A DNA stretch of 64,000 nt, taken from positions 18,741 through 82,740 of the forward strand of contig JAJEIH010000150.1 of NCBI GenBank assembly GCA_022827685.1, in the 5' to 3' direction. Both the position numbers and the translations under genes were made by a program. Source of the DNA: Alphaproteobacteria bacterium (GTDB lineage: Bacteria; Pseudomonadota; Alphaproteobacteria; Bin95). The notes beneath the pieces are model-generated. The model worked only from the letters and a program-made list of their open reading frames with translations. It made no database searches and was not told the DNA's origin. Positions 1 through 9,856 of this stretch are shown here, piece after piece. How positions within the stretch are numbered: position 1 is the first letter of the stretch; each line of letters opens with the position of its first letter.

Positions 1-147
1 GTGATCCAGGCCCAGGTGACGGCGCAGTTCCGCCTCATCCTGTTCGGCGCGCTGATCATGTTCTTCCTGGTGGTGGAGCCCGAGGGCCTCAATCGCCTGT
101 GGCTCAATATCCGGAACTACTTCCGGGTATGGCCTTTCTCCTACTAG
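1..147 (+). CDS. branched-chain amino acid type ABC transporter permease, C-terminal fragment (runs off window start)
   Basis: Frame open from nt 1 to TAG at 145-147. Hydrophobic tail FGALIMFFLVVEPEGLNRLW resembles LivH/LivM permease C-termini. Followed by SBP and ATPase genes. Confidence 0.6.
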   Translation: MIQAQVTAQFRLILFGALIMFFLVVEPEGLNRLWLNIRNYFRVWPFSY

Positions 148-175
148 CCCTCGAAACGCGAAGGGAGGACGTGGA

Positions 176-1420
176 ATGAGACGTCTCGACAAACTGCTCT
201 TCGGCGCGGGCCTCGCACTGGCCGCGGCGGGGGCGGCGACTTCGGCCGGCGCGGCCGAGATCGTCATCGGCCTGCAGTGCGACCGCACCGGCCCGACCCA
301 GACCGTCGGCACGTTCCTGTGCCCCGGCTACCACGACTATGTGAGCCTCGTGAACTCCAAGGGCGGGGTCGAGGGGAACATGATAAAGCCCCTCGAGATC
401 GACCATGAATACAAGGTCCCGGCGGGCGTGGAAGCCTATGCGCTGCACAAGAAGGAAGGCGCGGTCCTGATCTCCCTCTACGGCACGCCGCACACCCAGG
501 CGCTGACGCAGAAGCTGACCGAGGACAAGATCCCCGGCACGTCTCCGGGCTTCGGCACCGCAGCGGCCGCCAATGGCGAGAACTTCCCCTACATCTTCCC
601 GATCGCGGCTTCCTACTGGAGCCAGGCGTCGGCGGGGGTCGAATATGTCCGCACGCAGCTCGGCGGCGACCTCAAGGGCAAGAAGATCGCCTACATCTAC
701 TATGACAACCCGGCAGGGCGAGAGCCGCTTCCGGTGCTCCACAAGCTGCGCGACCGGCTCGGCTTCGAGTTGAAGGAGTTCGCGGTGCCGCCTCCGGGCA
801 TCGAGATGTCCGCGCAGGTGCTCGACATCACACGCCGCTTCCGCGCCGATTTCGTGCTCTCGCATCTCTTCGGGCGGGCGCCGTCCGTGTCGATGAAGGA
901 GTTCAAGCGCGCCGGCTATCCGCTCGAGCAGGTGCTCGGCTTCGTGTGGGCCGGCGGCGAGGCGGACATCGCGGCGGCGGGCGGCTTCGACCGCGTCGAG
1001 GGCTATTCGGCGATGCAGTTCGCCGGCGTCGGCTCCGACTACCCGGTGCTCGACGAGATCCGCGCCATGTACAAGGCCGACGGCAAGGACCCGCCGGAGG
1101 CGATGGCCTCGACGGTCTATTACAACCGCGGCGTCTTCGTCGCGGCGATCCATCTCAAGGCCATCGAGAACGCGATCAAGGCCAAGGGCTCCGCCGACAT
1201 CACCGGCGAGGACGTGAAGAACGGCTTCGAGCAGATCAGCGGCTTCACGCTCGGCGGCCTGGTTCCGCCGATGGAGATCACCGGCTTCGACCATGAGGGC
1301 GGCGGCTGGGTGCGCATCTTCCAGGTCAAGGACGCCAAATTCGTGCCGGTCACCGACTGGTTCCAGGGCTACCGCGATGCCGTCGTGGAACTTCTGAAAG
1401 AAGATGCGAGCCGCCAGTAG
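176..1420 (+). CDS. ABC transporter substrate-binding protein (Leu/Ile/Val-binding protein family)
   Basis: 414-aa ORF with signal-peptide-like N-terminus (LALAAAGAATSAGAAE) and sequence typical of type I periplasmic binding proteins. Flanked by permease and ATPase genes. Confidence 0.85.
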   Translation: MRRLDKLLFGAGLALAAAGAATSAGAAEIVIGLQCDRTGPTQTVGTFLCPGYHDYVSLVNSKGGVEGNMIKPLEIDHEYKVPAGVEAYALHKKEGAVLISLYGTPHTQALTQKLTEDKIPGTSPGFGTAAAANGENFPYIFPIAASYWSQASAGVEYVRTQLGGDLKGKKIAYIYYDNPAGREPLPVLHKLRDRLGFELKEFAVPPPGIEMSAQVLDITRRFRADFVLSHLFGRAPSVSMKEFKRAGYPLEQVLGFVWAGGEADIAAAGGFDRVEGYSAMQFAGVGSDYPVLDEIRAMYKADGKDPPEAMASTVYYNRGVFVAAIHLKAIENAIKAKGSADITGEDVKNGFEQISGFTLGGLVPPMEITGFDHEGGGWVRIFQVKDAKFVPVTDWFQGYRDAVVELLKEDASRQ

Positions 1421-1439
1421 GGCTTGCTCACAGGACTTT

Positions 1440-1466
1440 GGCGGGGTCTTCGGGCCCCGCCGCTTT
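1440..1466 (+). terminator. possible intrinsic terminator/attenuator after SBP gene
   Basis: GGCGGGG-TCTTCGGG-CCCCGCC 7-bp GC stem (1440-1461) followed by GCTTT. The T-tract is short. Confidence 0.35.
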
Positions 1467-1501
1467 AGCCATTTTCAAACGGGCGGCCCGGATATGAGGC
1501 G

Positions 1502-2293
1502 ATGCTGAATCTCAACAATATCGAGGTCGTTTACGACAATGTGATCCTGGTGCTGAAGGGCTGCTCGATCGAGGTGCCCGAAGGCAGGATCACCACCGTG
1601 CTCGGGGCCAACGGCGCCGGCAAGACCACCACGCTCAAGGCGATTTCCGGCCTGTTGAAACCGGAGCGTGGCGCGGTCACGCGCGGCTCCATCGACCTCG
1701 ACGGCGAACGCATCGACCTGCTCGAGGCCCACGACATCGTGAAGAAGGGCATCGTGCAGGTGTTCGAGGGCCGGCGCGTGTTCGTCAACCTTTCCGCCGA
1801 CGAGAACCTGATCGCCGGCGGGCATACCCAGACGAGCGCCGTCGTGCGGGAGCGCATGGAACTGGTTTACGGCTATTTCCCGCGGGTCGCCGAGCGCCGG
1901 AACGTCCAGGCGGGCTACCTGTCCGGCGGCGAGCAGCAGATGCTGGCGATCGGCAGGGCGCTCATGTCGAACCCCAAGATCGTGCTGCTGGACGAGCCGT
2001 CGCTGGGCCTCGCCCCGATGATCGTCGAGGAGATATTCGGCATCATCGGCAAGCTCAACAAGGAGCAGGGCGTGACCGTGCTGCTGGTGGAGCAGAACGC
2101 CGCGCTGGCGCTCGCCATCGCCGACCATGGCTATGTGATGGAGAACGGCGCCATCGTCATGGACGGGCCCGCTTCGGAGCTTGGCGAAAATGCCGACATC
2201 AAGGAGTTCTATCTCGGCATCAGCGAGCATGGCGAGAAGAGGTCCTACCGCGACGTGAAGCACTACCGCCGCCGCAAGCGCTGGCTCAACTAG
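1502..2293 (+). CDS. ABC transporter ATP-binding protein (LivF-like)
   Basis: Walker A GANGAGKTT, ABC signature LSGGEQQMLAIGRAL, Walker B IVLLDEPS. Confidence 0.9.
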   Translation: MLNLNNIEVVYDNVILVLKGCSIEVPEGRITTVLGANGAGKTTTLKAISGLLKPERGAVTRGSIDLDGERIDLLEAHDIVKKGIVQVFEGRRVFVNLSADENLIAGGHTQTSAVVRERMELVYGYFPRVAERRNVQAGYLSGGEQQMLAIGRALMSNPKIVLLDEPSLGLAPMIVEEIFGIIGKLNKEQGVTVLLVEQNAALALAIADHGYVMENGAIVMDGPASELGENADIKEFYLGISEHGEKRSYRDVKHYRRRKRWLN

Positions 2294-2330
2294 ACACAAG
2301 CCCGGCGCGCGCCCGGCGGAGGAGGACCCC

Positions 2331-3089
2331 ATGCCCAGGGACCCGGATTATTTCAGGGACAAGACCATCCTGATTACCGGCGCCGGCAGCGGCATCGGCC
2401 GCGCGACGGCGCTGGTGTTCGCGCGGGAAGGCTCGAATGTGGTCTGCGCCGATATCGACCCGGAGGCCGCCGAGCGCACGGCGAACCAGGTGATCCAGCT
2501 TGGCGCGAAGGCAACCTTCGCCGCCTGCGACGTGACCGTCCGGGCCGAAGTCGATGCAGCCGTGGAGCAGGCCGTCGCCGATTTCGGTCGGGTGGATTTC
2601 GAGCTGAACGCAGCGGGCGCGGCGCTCGCCCGGAAACCCTTCCTGGAGATCACCGAGGAGCTGTGGGAGCGCACCTATGCGCTCAATGTGCGCGGCACCT
2701 TCAACGGCGCGCAGGCCATCCTGCCGCACATGCTGGAGAAGGGCGGCGGGGTCATCGTCAATATTGCCAGCGTGGCGGCGAGGATCGGCGGGGCCGGCAA
2801 TTCGGTCCACTACGCCTCGTCCAAGGGCGCGGTCCACACAATGACGCTTGGCATCGGGCGCGAGTTCGCGAGCCGGGGGGTGCGCTGCCTGTCGATCTCG
2901 CCGGGGCTCGTGGACACGCCCTTCCACGACAACACGCCGCCGGAAGTGCTCCAGGGCTATGCCGAGCAGATGCCGATAGGCCGGATGGCCCAGCCCGAGG
3001 AGATCGCCGAGACGGTGCTGTTCGCCTGCTCCGACGGCGCCAGCTACCTCACTGCTGACACGATCTTCGTGACGGGAGGACTGCGGTAG
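2331..3089 (+). CDS. SDR family oxidoreductase
   Basis: TGAGSGIGRA cofactor motif and YASSKGAV catalytic motif; 252 aa. Confidence 0.9.
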   Translation: MPRDPDYFRDKTILITGAGSGIGRATALVFAREGSNVVCADIDPEAAERTANQVIQLGAKATFAACDVTVRAEVDAAVEQAVADFGRVDFELNAAGAALARKPFLEITEELWERTYALNVRGTFNGAQAILPHMLEKGGGVIVNIASVAARIGGAGNSVHYASSKGAVHTMTLGIGREFASRGVRCLSISPGLVDTPFHDNTPPEVLQGYAEQMPIGRMAQPEEIAETVLFACSDGASYLTADTIFVTGGLR

Positions 3090-3104
3090 CGCGGCCGCCG
3101 CGCG

Positions 3105-3773
3105 TCACTCCTCGTGGAAGCATACCCAGTCGGATAGCGGCGCGCGTTCGGTGCGCAGGCTGTTTTCGACGGCGTCCTCGTCCTCGTAGCCGAGCGCCAT
3201 GCCGCAGACGACCACCTCGTCTTCCGGCATGCCGAGCACCTTGCGGACGGTCTCGTGATAGGGCGTCCAGGCGACCTGCGGGCAGCTATGCAGGCCGAAG
3301 GACCGCGCCGCCACCATGACGTTCTCCAGGAACATGCCGTAATCGAGCCAGCTCCCGATCTCCAGCACGCGGTCCACGCTGAAAATGATGCCGACCGGCG
3401 CATCGAAGAACATCTGGTTGCGGGCGTGCTGGGTGCGCATCTTGTCGGTCTCGCCGCGCTGGATGCCGAGCAGGCCGTAGAGGTCCCAGCCGACCTTGCG
3501 GCGCCGCGAGAGATAGGGCTCCGGGAAGCGGTCCGGATAGTATTTGTATTCCGCTTTCAGTTCGGCCCCGTTCTTGCCGGCAGCGAGCGCGGCGCGGACC
3601 AGCCGCTCGCGCGCCTTGCCGGTCAAGACCCGCGCCTTCCACGGCTGCATGTTGGTGCCGGAAGGCGCGCGGGCCGAGACCTCAAGGATCTCGCGGACGA
3701 TTTCCAGCGGCACCGGGTCCGGCCTGAAGGCGCGGACGGACCGGCGGGTGGCTATGGCTTCGAGTGCATGCAC
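3105..3773 (-). CDS. nitroreductase family protein
   Basis: RRSVRAF and SGTNMQPW motifs. GTG start at 3773 preceded by GGAGGG. The 475-aa track ORF is an upstream read-through of this 222-aa protein. Confidence 0.8.
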   Translation of the reverse strand: MHALEAIATRRSVRAFRPDPVPLEIVREILEVSARAPSGTNMQPWKARVLTGKARERLVRAALAAGKNGAELKAEYKYYPDRFPEPYLSRRRKVGWDLYGLLGIQRGETDKMRTQHARNQMFFDAPVGIIFSVDRVLEIGSWLDYGMFLENVMVAARSFGLHSCPQVAWTPYHETVRKVLGMPEDEVVVCGMALGYEDEDAVENSLRTERAPLSDWVCFHEE

Positions 3774-4621
3774 GCTGAACCCTCCATGGCGGGCAGGCTG
3801 TCGATAAGGATTCGGTTCACTTCGTCCGGCGCTTCGAAGGCGGCCCAGTGGCCGGCGCCGGCAACGGTATGAAAGGGGCAGCCGGGCTGCAGCCTGTGGA
3901 ACAGGTCGCGCCGGGTGTGGAGCAGGTCGCCGGCCGTGGCGTCGCGCTCGCCCCAGATGCCCTGGATCGGCAGGCCGGCGGCGGCTATCTCGCCGAGCCT
4001 CCGCGCGAGGCTGTCGCCGGCGGGAATCCTGCCGGAGCGGATGCGCGCGCGGCGCGTATTGGCGTTCTGGAGCGCAAGCGCTGTGGCGTCGATCCGTTCG
4101 GGGTCGCCGAACATCTGGAGGCCGAGATTGTGGCGGTGGAGATCGAGGATTTCCGCCTCGCTCATGCCCCGGTTCGGCTTGCGCAGCGGGGCCCTGACGG
4201 CCAACGGCAGCCCGAGGGCGTTGGAGCCGACGGCGGTGTAGCTGAGGACGCGGGAGAGCATGCGGACGACGACATGGCCGCCGACGATGCCGCCGAAGGA
4301 AAAGCCGACGAGATGGAACGGCTCCGGCGCGAGTTGCTCCAGCCCGTCCGCCAGAATGTCGGCGAGGCTGCCCGCGTCGAACGGCAGGGGCGGCATGTCG
4401 CTCTCGCCCATGCCCGGCAGGTCGCAGGCGAGCACCCTGAACCTGGCGGACAACGCCTCGATATTGCGCAGCCAGTGCGTCCAGGAGCCGAAGGAGCCGT
4501 GCAGCAGCAGCACGGTGCGCCCGGCGCCCCATTCGCGCCAGACCAGGCTGCCGTCGCCGCAGGGCGTCTCATGGCGTCGGGCCGCGCGGTCGAGCCGGCC
4601 CTGAAGTTCGGGCATCGTCAT
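3752..4621 (-). CDS. alpha/beta fold hydrolase
   Basis: Starts MTMPELQ (ATG at 4621). HGSFGSW oxyanion region and GFSFGG nucleophile elbow. Overlaps the nitroreductase start by 22 nt. Confidence 0.85.
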   Translation of the reverse strand: MTMPELQGRLDRAARRHETPCGDGSLVWREWGAGRTVLLLHGSFGSWTHWLRNIEALSARFRVLACDLPGMGESDMPPLPFDAGSLADILADGLEQLAPEPFHLVGFSFGGIVGGHVVVRMLSRVLSYTAVGSNALGLPLAVRAPLRKPNRGMSEAEILDLHRHNLGLQMFGDPERIDATALALQNANTRRARIRSGRIPAGDSLARRLGEIAAAGLPIQGIWGERDATAGDLLHTRRDLFHRLQPGCPFHTVAGAGHWAAFEAPDEVNRILIDSLPAMEGSACMHSKP

Positions 4622-4681
4622 GCTTGGTTTCGAACGGGGCGATAGAGTAAGTTTCCGCCGGAGTGATAGGGGAGGAACGCC

Positions 4682-5527
4682 ATGAAGTCCAACAGCATAG
4701 AGGTCCGGCCGGTAGCGGGCGCGCTCGGCGCGGAAATTCATGGCGTCGACCTCGCCGAGCCGCTGTCCGCGGAACGGTTCGACACGATCCACCGGGCGTT
4801 CCTCGACCACCAGGTGATCTTCTTCCGCGACCAGAAACTCGATCCCGACAGCCACAAGGAGATGGGCCGGCGTTTCGGCGAGCTCAACATCCACGGCTAT
4901 TACGAGTCGCTGCCGGGACACCCGGAAATCCTGCCCGTGCTGAAGGAGCCGGAGGCCACCGGCAATATCGGCGGCGTCTGGCATTCCGACGTCACCTACC
5001 TGCCGGCGCCGGCGCTGGGCTCGATCCTCTATGCGCTGGAAGTGCCGCCGGCGGGCGGCGACACGATGTTCGCCAGCCAGTATCTCGCCTATGAAACGCT
5101 GTCGGACGGCATGAAGGAGATGCTGGAGGGGCTGCGCGCCATCCACAGTTCCGACATCTTCACGAACAAGGCCCGCCGCGACGCCGTCAATGCAACGCGC
5201 ACCACCAAGCTCAATGAAGTGGACGAGACCGTCGAGAGCAGCCATCCCGTGGTGCGCACCCATCCGGAAACCGGCCGCAAGTGCCTGTTCGTCAACGGAG
5301 CGTTCACAAGGCGCATCGACGGCTGGACTGCGGAGGAAAGCCGGCCGCTGCTCGACTTCCTCTACCGTCAGGCGGCGCGGCCGGAATTCACCTGCCGCTT
5401 CCGGTGGGAACAGGGGTCGATCGCCTTCTGGGACAACCGCTGCACGCAGCATTACGCGCTCAACGACTACCAGGGCCACCGCCGCTCCATGCACCGGGTG
5501 ACGCTGGAAGGGGACAGGCCGGTCTGA
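4682..5527 (+). CDS. TauD/TfdA family Fe(II)/2-oxoglutarate dioxygenase
   Basis: WHSDVTY (His-x-Asp facial triad) and WDNRCTQHYA C-terminal motif; 281 aa. Confidence 0.9.
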   Translation: MKSNSIEVRPVAGALGAEIHGVDLAEPLSAERFDTIHRAFLDHQVIFFRDQKLDPDSHKEMGRRFGELNIHGYYESLPGHPEILPVLKEPEATGNIGGVWHSDVTYLPAPALGSILYALEVPPAGGDTMFASQYLAYETLSDGMKEMLEGLRAIHSSDIFTNKARRDAVNATRTTKLNEVDETVESSHPVVRTHPETGRKCLFVNGAFTRRIDGWTAEESRPLLDFLYRQAARPEFTCRFRWEQGSIAFWDNRCTQHYALNDYQGHRRSMHRVTLEGDRPV

Positions 5528-6216
5528 TGGAACTCGTCGATCTCTCCCGCGAGCTTTACCACCGCACCGCCCACCATCCCTCGCATCCGCCGGTGGTCGT
5601 GACGGTCTGGAATGACCATTCCGAGATCAAGTCGGCCGGCGGCTTCGATTTCACCTCGAAGTCCCTCACAATGTCGCTGTCGGACCATTCGGGCACCCAT
5701 GTCGATGCGTTCTGCCATTTCGATCCCGACCCGGAGGCGGAATCGATAGACCGGATGGCGCTGGAACGCTTCTACACCTCCGCGATCTGCCTCGACCTCG
5801 GCGAGCCGCCGCCGCGCCATGCGGTGACGGTGGCCGAGATGGAGGCCGCGCTCGAAGCATCCGGGGAGGAAATCCGCGAAGGCGACACGGTGCTGCTGGC
5901 CATGGGCGTCAACCGGCGCATGTTCGGCACGCCTGCCTATGGGCATGAGTTTCCCGGCCTCGCGACGGAGTCGGTCCACTGGCTCGCCGACAGGGGCATC
6001 GGCATGTTCGGCGTCGAGGCGGTCAGCCCGGCTCCGGAGGGCGAGCTCAATTTCCGCGCGCACCGCGCCTGCGCCGAGCGCCGGATCACTCATATGGAAT
6101 GCCTCGCCAATCTGGAGGCGGTGGTCGGGCGCGGGCGGTTCCGCTTCATCGGTTTCCCGCTCAGGATTCGCGGCGGCACAGGCAGCCCGATCCGCGCGGT
6201 GGCGGTGTTCGAATGA
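5527..6216 (+). CDS. cyclase family protein (kynurenine formamidase-like)
   Basis: MELVDLS start shares 1 nt with the tauD-like stop (TGATG). HSGTHVDAFCH metal-binding motif. Confidence 0.8.
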   Translation: MELVDLSRELYHRTAHHPSHPPVVVTVWNDHSEIKSAGGFDFTSKSLTMSLSDHSGTHVDAFCHFDPDPEAESIDRMALERFYTSAICLDLGEPPPRHAVTVAEMEAALEASGEEIREGDTVLLAMGVNRRMFGTPAYGHEFPGLATESVHWLADRGIGMFGVEAVSPAPEGELNFRAHRACAERRITHMECLANLEAVVGRGRFRFIGFPLRIRGGTGSPIRAVAVFE

Positions 6217-6929
6217 GGGCCGTTCTCGCCCGGGCGCTGCTCGTCGCGGCGGGCCTGTTCGCCGCCGCCGCGGCATGGGCGGATGCCTCGAAGCCGGTGG
6301 TGGTCGAGCTGTTCACCTCGCAGGGCTGCTCGTCCTGCCCGCCGGCGGACCGGATTCTCGGGCATCTGGCGGACCGCAAGGATGTGATCGCGCTTGGCTT
6401 CCATGTGAACTACTGGGACCGCCTCGGCTGGCCGGACCCCTTCGCCACCGAGGCCGGTACCGAGCGGCAATACGCCTACAGCCCGGTGCTCGGCCGCCGT
6501 AATGTCTATACCCCGCAAATGGTGATCGACGGGCGCTACGACGTGGTCGGCTTCGATGCGGAACGGATCAAGGTGGCGATCGCCCAGGCGGACGCGCTGG
6601 CGGCGGCGCGCCTCGCGGTCGGTCTCGAATGGCGCGAACCCGGCCGTCTCGCCTATTCCCTGCCGGCGGGAGAGGGCGAAGCGCGCATCCAGCTGGTGCG
6701 CTTCGCCCGCAAGCTCGACCAGGACATCGAGCGCGGCGAGAACGCCGGGCGGCATCTGAGCTACAGCAATGTCGTGCGCGAGATCGTCGAGATCGGCCGA
6801 TGGGACGGCGCGGCGATGGCGGGCGAGGTCGAGGTCGAGACCGGGCAGGACGAGGCGGGCGGCGTTGCGCTGCTGGTCCAGGACAGCCGCACGATGCGCA
6901 TGATGGGCGCGGCGAAGCTCACCTTCTGA
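6213..6929 (+). CDS. DUF1223 domain-containing protein (secreted thioredoxin-like)
   Basis: Signal peptide MRAVLARALLVAAGLFAAAAAWA, then ELFTSQGCSSCPPAD. ATGA overlap with the cyclase stop. Confidence 0.8.
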   Translation: MRAVLARALLVAAGLFAAAAAWADASKPVVVELFTSQGCSSCPPADRILGHLADRKDVIALGFHVNYWDRLGWPDPFATEAGTERQYAYSPVLGRRNVYTPQMVIDGRYDVVGFDAERIKVAIAQADALAAARLAVGLEWREPGRLAYSLPAGEGEARIQLVRFARKLDQDIERGENAGRHLSYSNVVREIVEIGRWDGAAMAGEVEVETGQDEAGGVALLVQDSRTMRMMGAAKLTF

Positions 6930-6966
6930 ATTGACGGGCCAGGCCGCCTCCGGGCCGCGCCGCCGC

Positions 6967-8736
6967 TCAGTGCGAGTGGCGGGGCGGGGAGGCGGCGACC
7001 TTGTGGTAACGGGTGGCGAATTCCAGGCAGCCGCCGTCCGCAAGCTGGCCCACATGGCTGCGGTAGAGCTCCTCCCAGGGCGTGTGGTTCTCCAGCGGCG
7101 GCGGGTCGTAGGCGGCGCGGCGCGCGGCCAGCACCTCCTCCGGCTGCAGGATATCGACGCGGCGTTTGCGCAGGTCCACCCGCAGCCGGTCGCCCGTTTC
7201 CAGTATGGCGAGATTGCCGCCGACCGCGCTCTCCGGGCTCGCATTCAGGATGGACGGGCTGCCCGACGTGCCGGACTGGCGCCCGTCGCCGATGGTCGGC
7301 AGCTCGGTGACGCCGGCGCGGATAAGGGACGCCGGCGGCTGCATGTTGACCACCTCGGCCGAGCCCGGATAGCCGACCGGCCCCGCGCCGCGCATCACCA
7401 GGATGCTGGTCCCGTCGATGCCGAGCGCCGGGTCGTCGAGACGCGCGTGGTAATCCTCCGGCCCGTCGAACACGATGGCCTTGCCCTCGAAGGCGTCGGG
7501 ATCGTCCGGGTTCGAGAGGAAGCGCGCGCGGAACTCCTCGGAAATGACGCTCGTCTTCATCACCGCGGCGTCGAACAGGTTGCCACCCATCACGACGAAG
7601 CCGGCGCGCTCCTTGAGCGGCCGCCCGTAGGGGCGGATCACGTCCTCGTCGAGCGGGGCGGCACCGCCGATGTTCTCAGCGATCGTCCTGCCGGTGACGG
7701 TGAGCGCATCCGCGTTCAGCTTCCCGGCGCGCAGCAGCTCGCCCATGACCGCCGGGACGCCGCCCGCACGGTGGTAGTCCTCGGCCAGATAGCCGCCGGC
7801 CGGCTGGCAGTTGACCAGCAGCGGGATGTCGTAGCCGCAGTCCTGCCAGTCCTCCAGGGCCAGTTCGACGCCCATATGGCGCGCGATGGCGTTGATGTGG
7901 ATCGGCGCATTGGTGGACCCGCCGATGGCGCTGTTGACGGCGATGGCGTTCTCGAAGGCGGCGCGGGTCAGGATGCGGTCCGGCGTCAGGTCCTCATGGA
8001 TCATGGCGACGATGCGCCGCCCGGTCTCATAGGCGTATTGCGCGCGCTCCTTGTGCGGGGCGGGCGGGGCGGCCGAGCCCGGCAGGGACATGCCGAGCGC
8101 CTCGGCGAGCGAGTTCATCGTCGTGGCCGTACCCATGGTGTTGCAGTGGCCGGGGCTCGGCGCGGAGGAGGCCACCATCTCGATGAACTCCTCATAGCCG
8201 ATCTCGCCTGCCGCCTGCAGCTTGCGCGCCTCCCAGACAATGGTGCCCGAGCCGACGCGCCGGCCCTTCCACCAGCCGTTGAACATCGGCCCGCCATTCA
8301 GCGAGATCGCCGGCAGGTTCGCCGTCGCCGCCGCCATGATCATCGCCGGCGTGGTCTTGTCGCAGCCAGTGGTGAGGATCACCCCGTCGATGGGATAGCC
8401 GTGCAGCACCTCGACGAGCCCGAGATAGGCGAGGTTGCGGTCGATGGCGGCGGTCGGGCGGCGCCCGCTTTCCTGGATCGGATGGACCGGGAACTCGATG
8501 GCGATGCCGCCCGCCTCGCGGATGCCGGCGCGCATGCGCTCGGCCAGCGTCTGGTGGATGCGGTTGCAGGGTGAGAGGTCGGAGCCGGTCTGCGCGATGC
8601 CGACGATGGGCTTGCCGGACTGCAACTCCTCCCGCGTGATGCCGAAATTCATGTACCGCTCGATATACATGGCGGTCATGCCCGGATTGTGTGGATTGTC
8701 GAACCAGCTCCGGCTGCGCAACTGCTTCCCGGCCAT
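6967..8736 (-). CDS. IlvD/Edd family dehydratase (sugar-acid/dihydroxy-acid dehydratase type)
   Basis: 589 aa. SRSWFDNP N-terminus, CDKTTPAMIMAAA Fe-S cysteine region, full-length family architecture. Confidence 0.9.
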   Translation of the reverse strand: MAGKQLRSRSWFDNPHNPGMTAMYIERYMNFGITREELQSGKPIVGIAQTGSDLSPCNRIHQTLAERMRAGIREAGGIAIEFPVHPIQESGRRPTAAIDRNLAYLGLVEVLHGYPIDGVILTTGCDKTTPAMIMAAATANLPAISLNGGPMFNGWWKGRRVGSGTIVWEARKLQAAGEIGYEEFIEMVASSAPSPGHCNTMGTATTMNSLAEALGMSLPGSAAPPAPHKERAQYAYETGRRIVAMIHEDLTPDRILTRAAFENAIAVNSAIGGSTNAPIHINAIARHMGVELALEDWQDCGYDIPLLVNCQPAGGYLAEDYHRAGGVPAVMGELLRAGKLNADALTVTGRTIAENIGGAAPLDEDVIRPYGRPLKERAGFVVMGGNLFDAAVMKTSVISEEFRARFLSNPDDPDAFEGKAIVFDGPEDYHARLDDPALGIDGTSILVMRGAGPVGYPGSAEVVNMQPPASLIRAGVTELPTIGDGRQSGTSGSPSILNASPESAVGGNLAILETGDRLRVDLRKRRVDILQPEEVLAARRAAYDPPPLENHTPWEELYRSHVGQLADGGCLEFATRYHKVAASPPRHSH

Positions 8737-8846
8737 GGCGCGGTCTCCCCTCTGCTTGAGGCTGCGAGGGTAGCGAAGCGTTTTGCCGCCGGGAAGGCGT
8801 GCGCTAAACTCCGCGCCGGCTGCGCAGACGGGGTCCGGGAACGGTC

Positions 8847-9788
8847 ATGCAGGGAATGCGGGTAACGGTGTTCGGCGGCGCCGGGTTCGTCGGGCGCTAC
8901 ATCGTCAAGCGGCTTGCGGCGGCGGGCGCGGGCGTGCGGGTCGCCTGCCGGGACCCGGAACGGGCGAAGTTCCTGAAGCCAGCGGGCGGCGTCGGCCAGG
9001 TCGTGCCGGTGCAGGCCAATCTGCGCTACCCGGAAAGCGTGCGCGCGGCGGTCGAGGGCGTCGATGCGGTTGTCAATTGCGTGGGCGTCCTGGTCAGCCG
9101 GGGGGCGCAGTCCTTCGGCGCCATCCATGCGGCCGGGGCGGGAGAAGTCGCCTCCGCCGCGGCAGAGGCGGGCGCCGGCAGGCTCGTGCATATCTCCGCC
9201 ATCGGGGCGGATTTGGAGTCCACGGCGGCATACGCCCGCTCCAAGGCCGCCGGCGAAGCGGCGGTGCGCGAGGCCTTCCCCGATGCGGCGATCCTCAGAC
9301 CGAGCCTCGTCATCGGGCCGGAGGACGACTTCTTCAACCGCTTCGCGCTTCTGGCCCGGCTGCTGCCTGCGCTGCCGCTCGTCGGCGGCGGCCACACGCG
9401 CTTCCAGCCGGCCTATGTGGGCGATGTGGCCGATGCGGCGGTCGCCGCGCTCGACCGGGCGGGCGGCCTGTTCGAGCTCGGCGGGCCGAAGACCTACAGC
9501 TTCAGGCAGCTGATGGAATTGCTGCTGGAGGAGATCGGCCGCAAGCGCCTGCTGGTGCCGGTGCCCTTCCAGGTGATGCAGGCCAAGGCCGCCTTCATCC
9601 AGTTCGTGCCGGGCGCGCCGATCACGCCGGACCAGGTCGAGTCGCTGAAATACGACAATGTCGTCTCCGAGGGCGCGGCCGGCTTCGCCGAGCTCGGCAT
9701 CGAGCCGAAGGACATCGAAACCGTCATCCCGACCTATCTCGACCGTTTCCGCGTCCGGGGCCGCTTCGCCGGGCGCGATTCGGCCTGA
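8847..9788 (+). CDS. complex I NDUFA9 subunit family protein (NAD(P)-binding atypical SDR)
   Basis: VFGGAGFVGRY Rossmann motif; 313 aa; typical alphaproteobacterial NDUFA9-like sequence. Confidence 0.85.
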   Translation: MQGMRVTVFGGAGFVGRYIVKRLAAAGAGVRVACRDPERAKFLKPAGGVGQVVPVQANLRYPESVRAAVEGVDAVVNCVGVLVSRGAQSFGAIHAAGAGEVASAAAEAGAGRLVHISAIGADLESTAAYARSKAAGEAAVREAFPDAAILRPSLVIGPEDDFFNRFALLARLLPALPLVGGGHTRFQPAYVGDVADAAVAALDRAGGLFELGGPKTYSFRQLMELLLEEIGRKRLLVPVPFQVMQAKAAFIQFVPGAPITPDQVESLKYDNVVSEGAAGFAELGIEPKDIETVIPTYLDRFRVRGRFAGRDSA

Positions 9789-9856
9789 CGCAGCAGGCGG
9801 CAACCCGGCCCGCCGGAGGACGCGAAGCGCGCGCCGTCGCGGCCGCGCTGCTGGCG

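Noticed and set aside
3105-4532. 475-aa ORF suggesting a large fusion protein
   Set aside because: Only the C-terminal 222 aa look like a real nitroreductase (GTG start with SD at 3773). The upstream part is Arg/Pro-rich read-through overlapping the alpha/beta hydrolase gene in another frame.
6931-8574. 547-aa ORF on the plus strand
   Set aside because: It lies antisense to the well-supported IlvD/Edd dehydratase gene. It is Arg/Gly/Ala-rich with no recognisable motifs, a typical shadow ORF of high-GC DNA.
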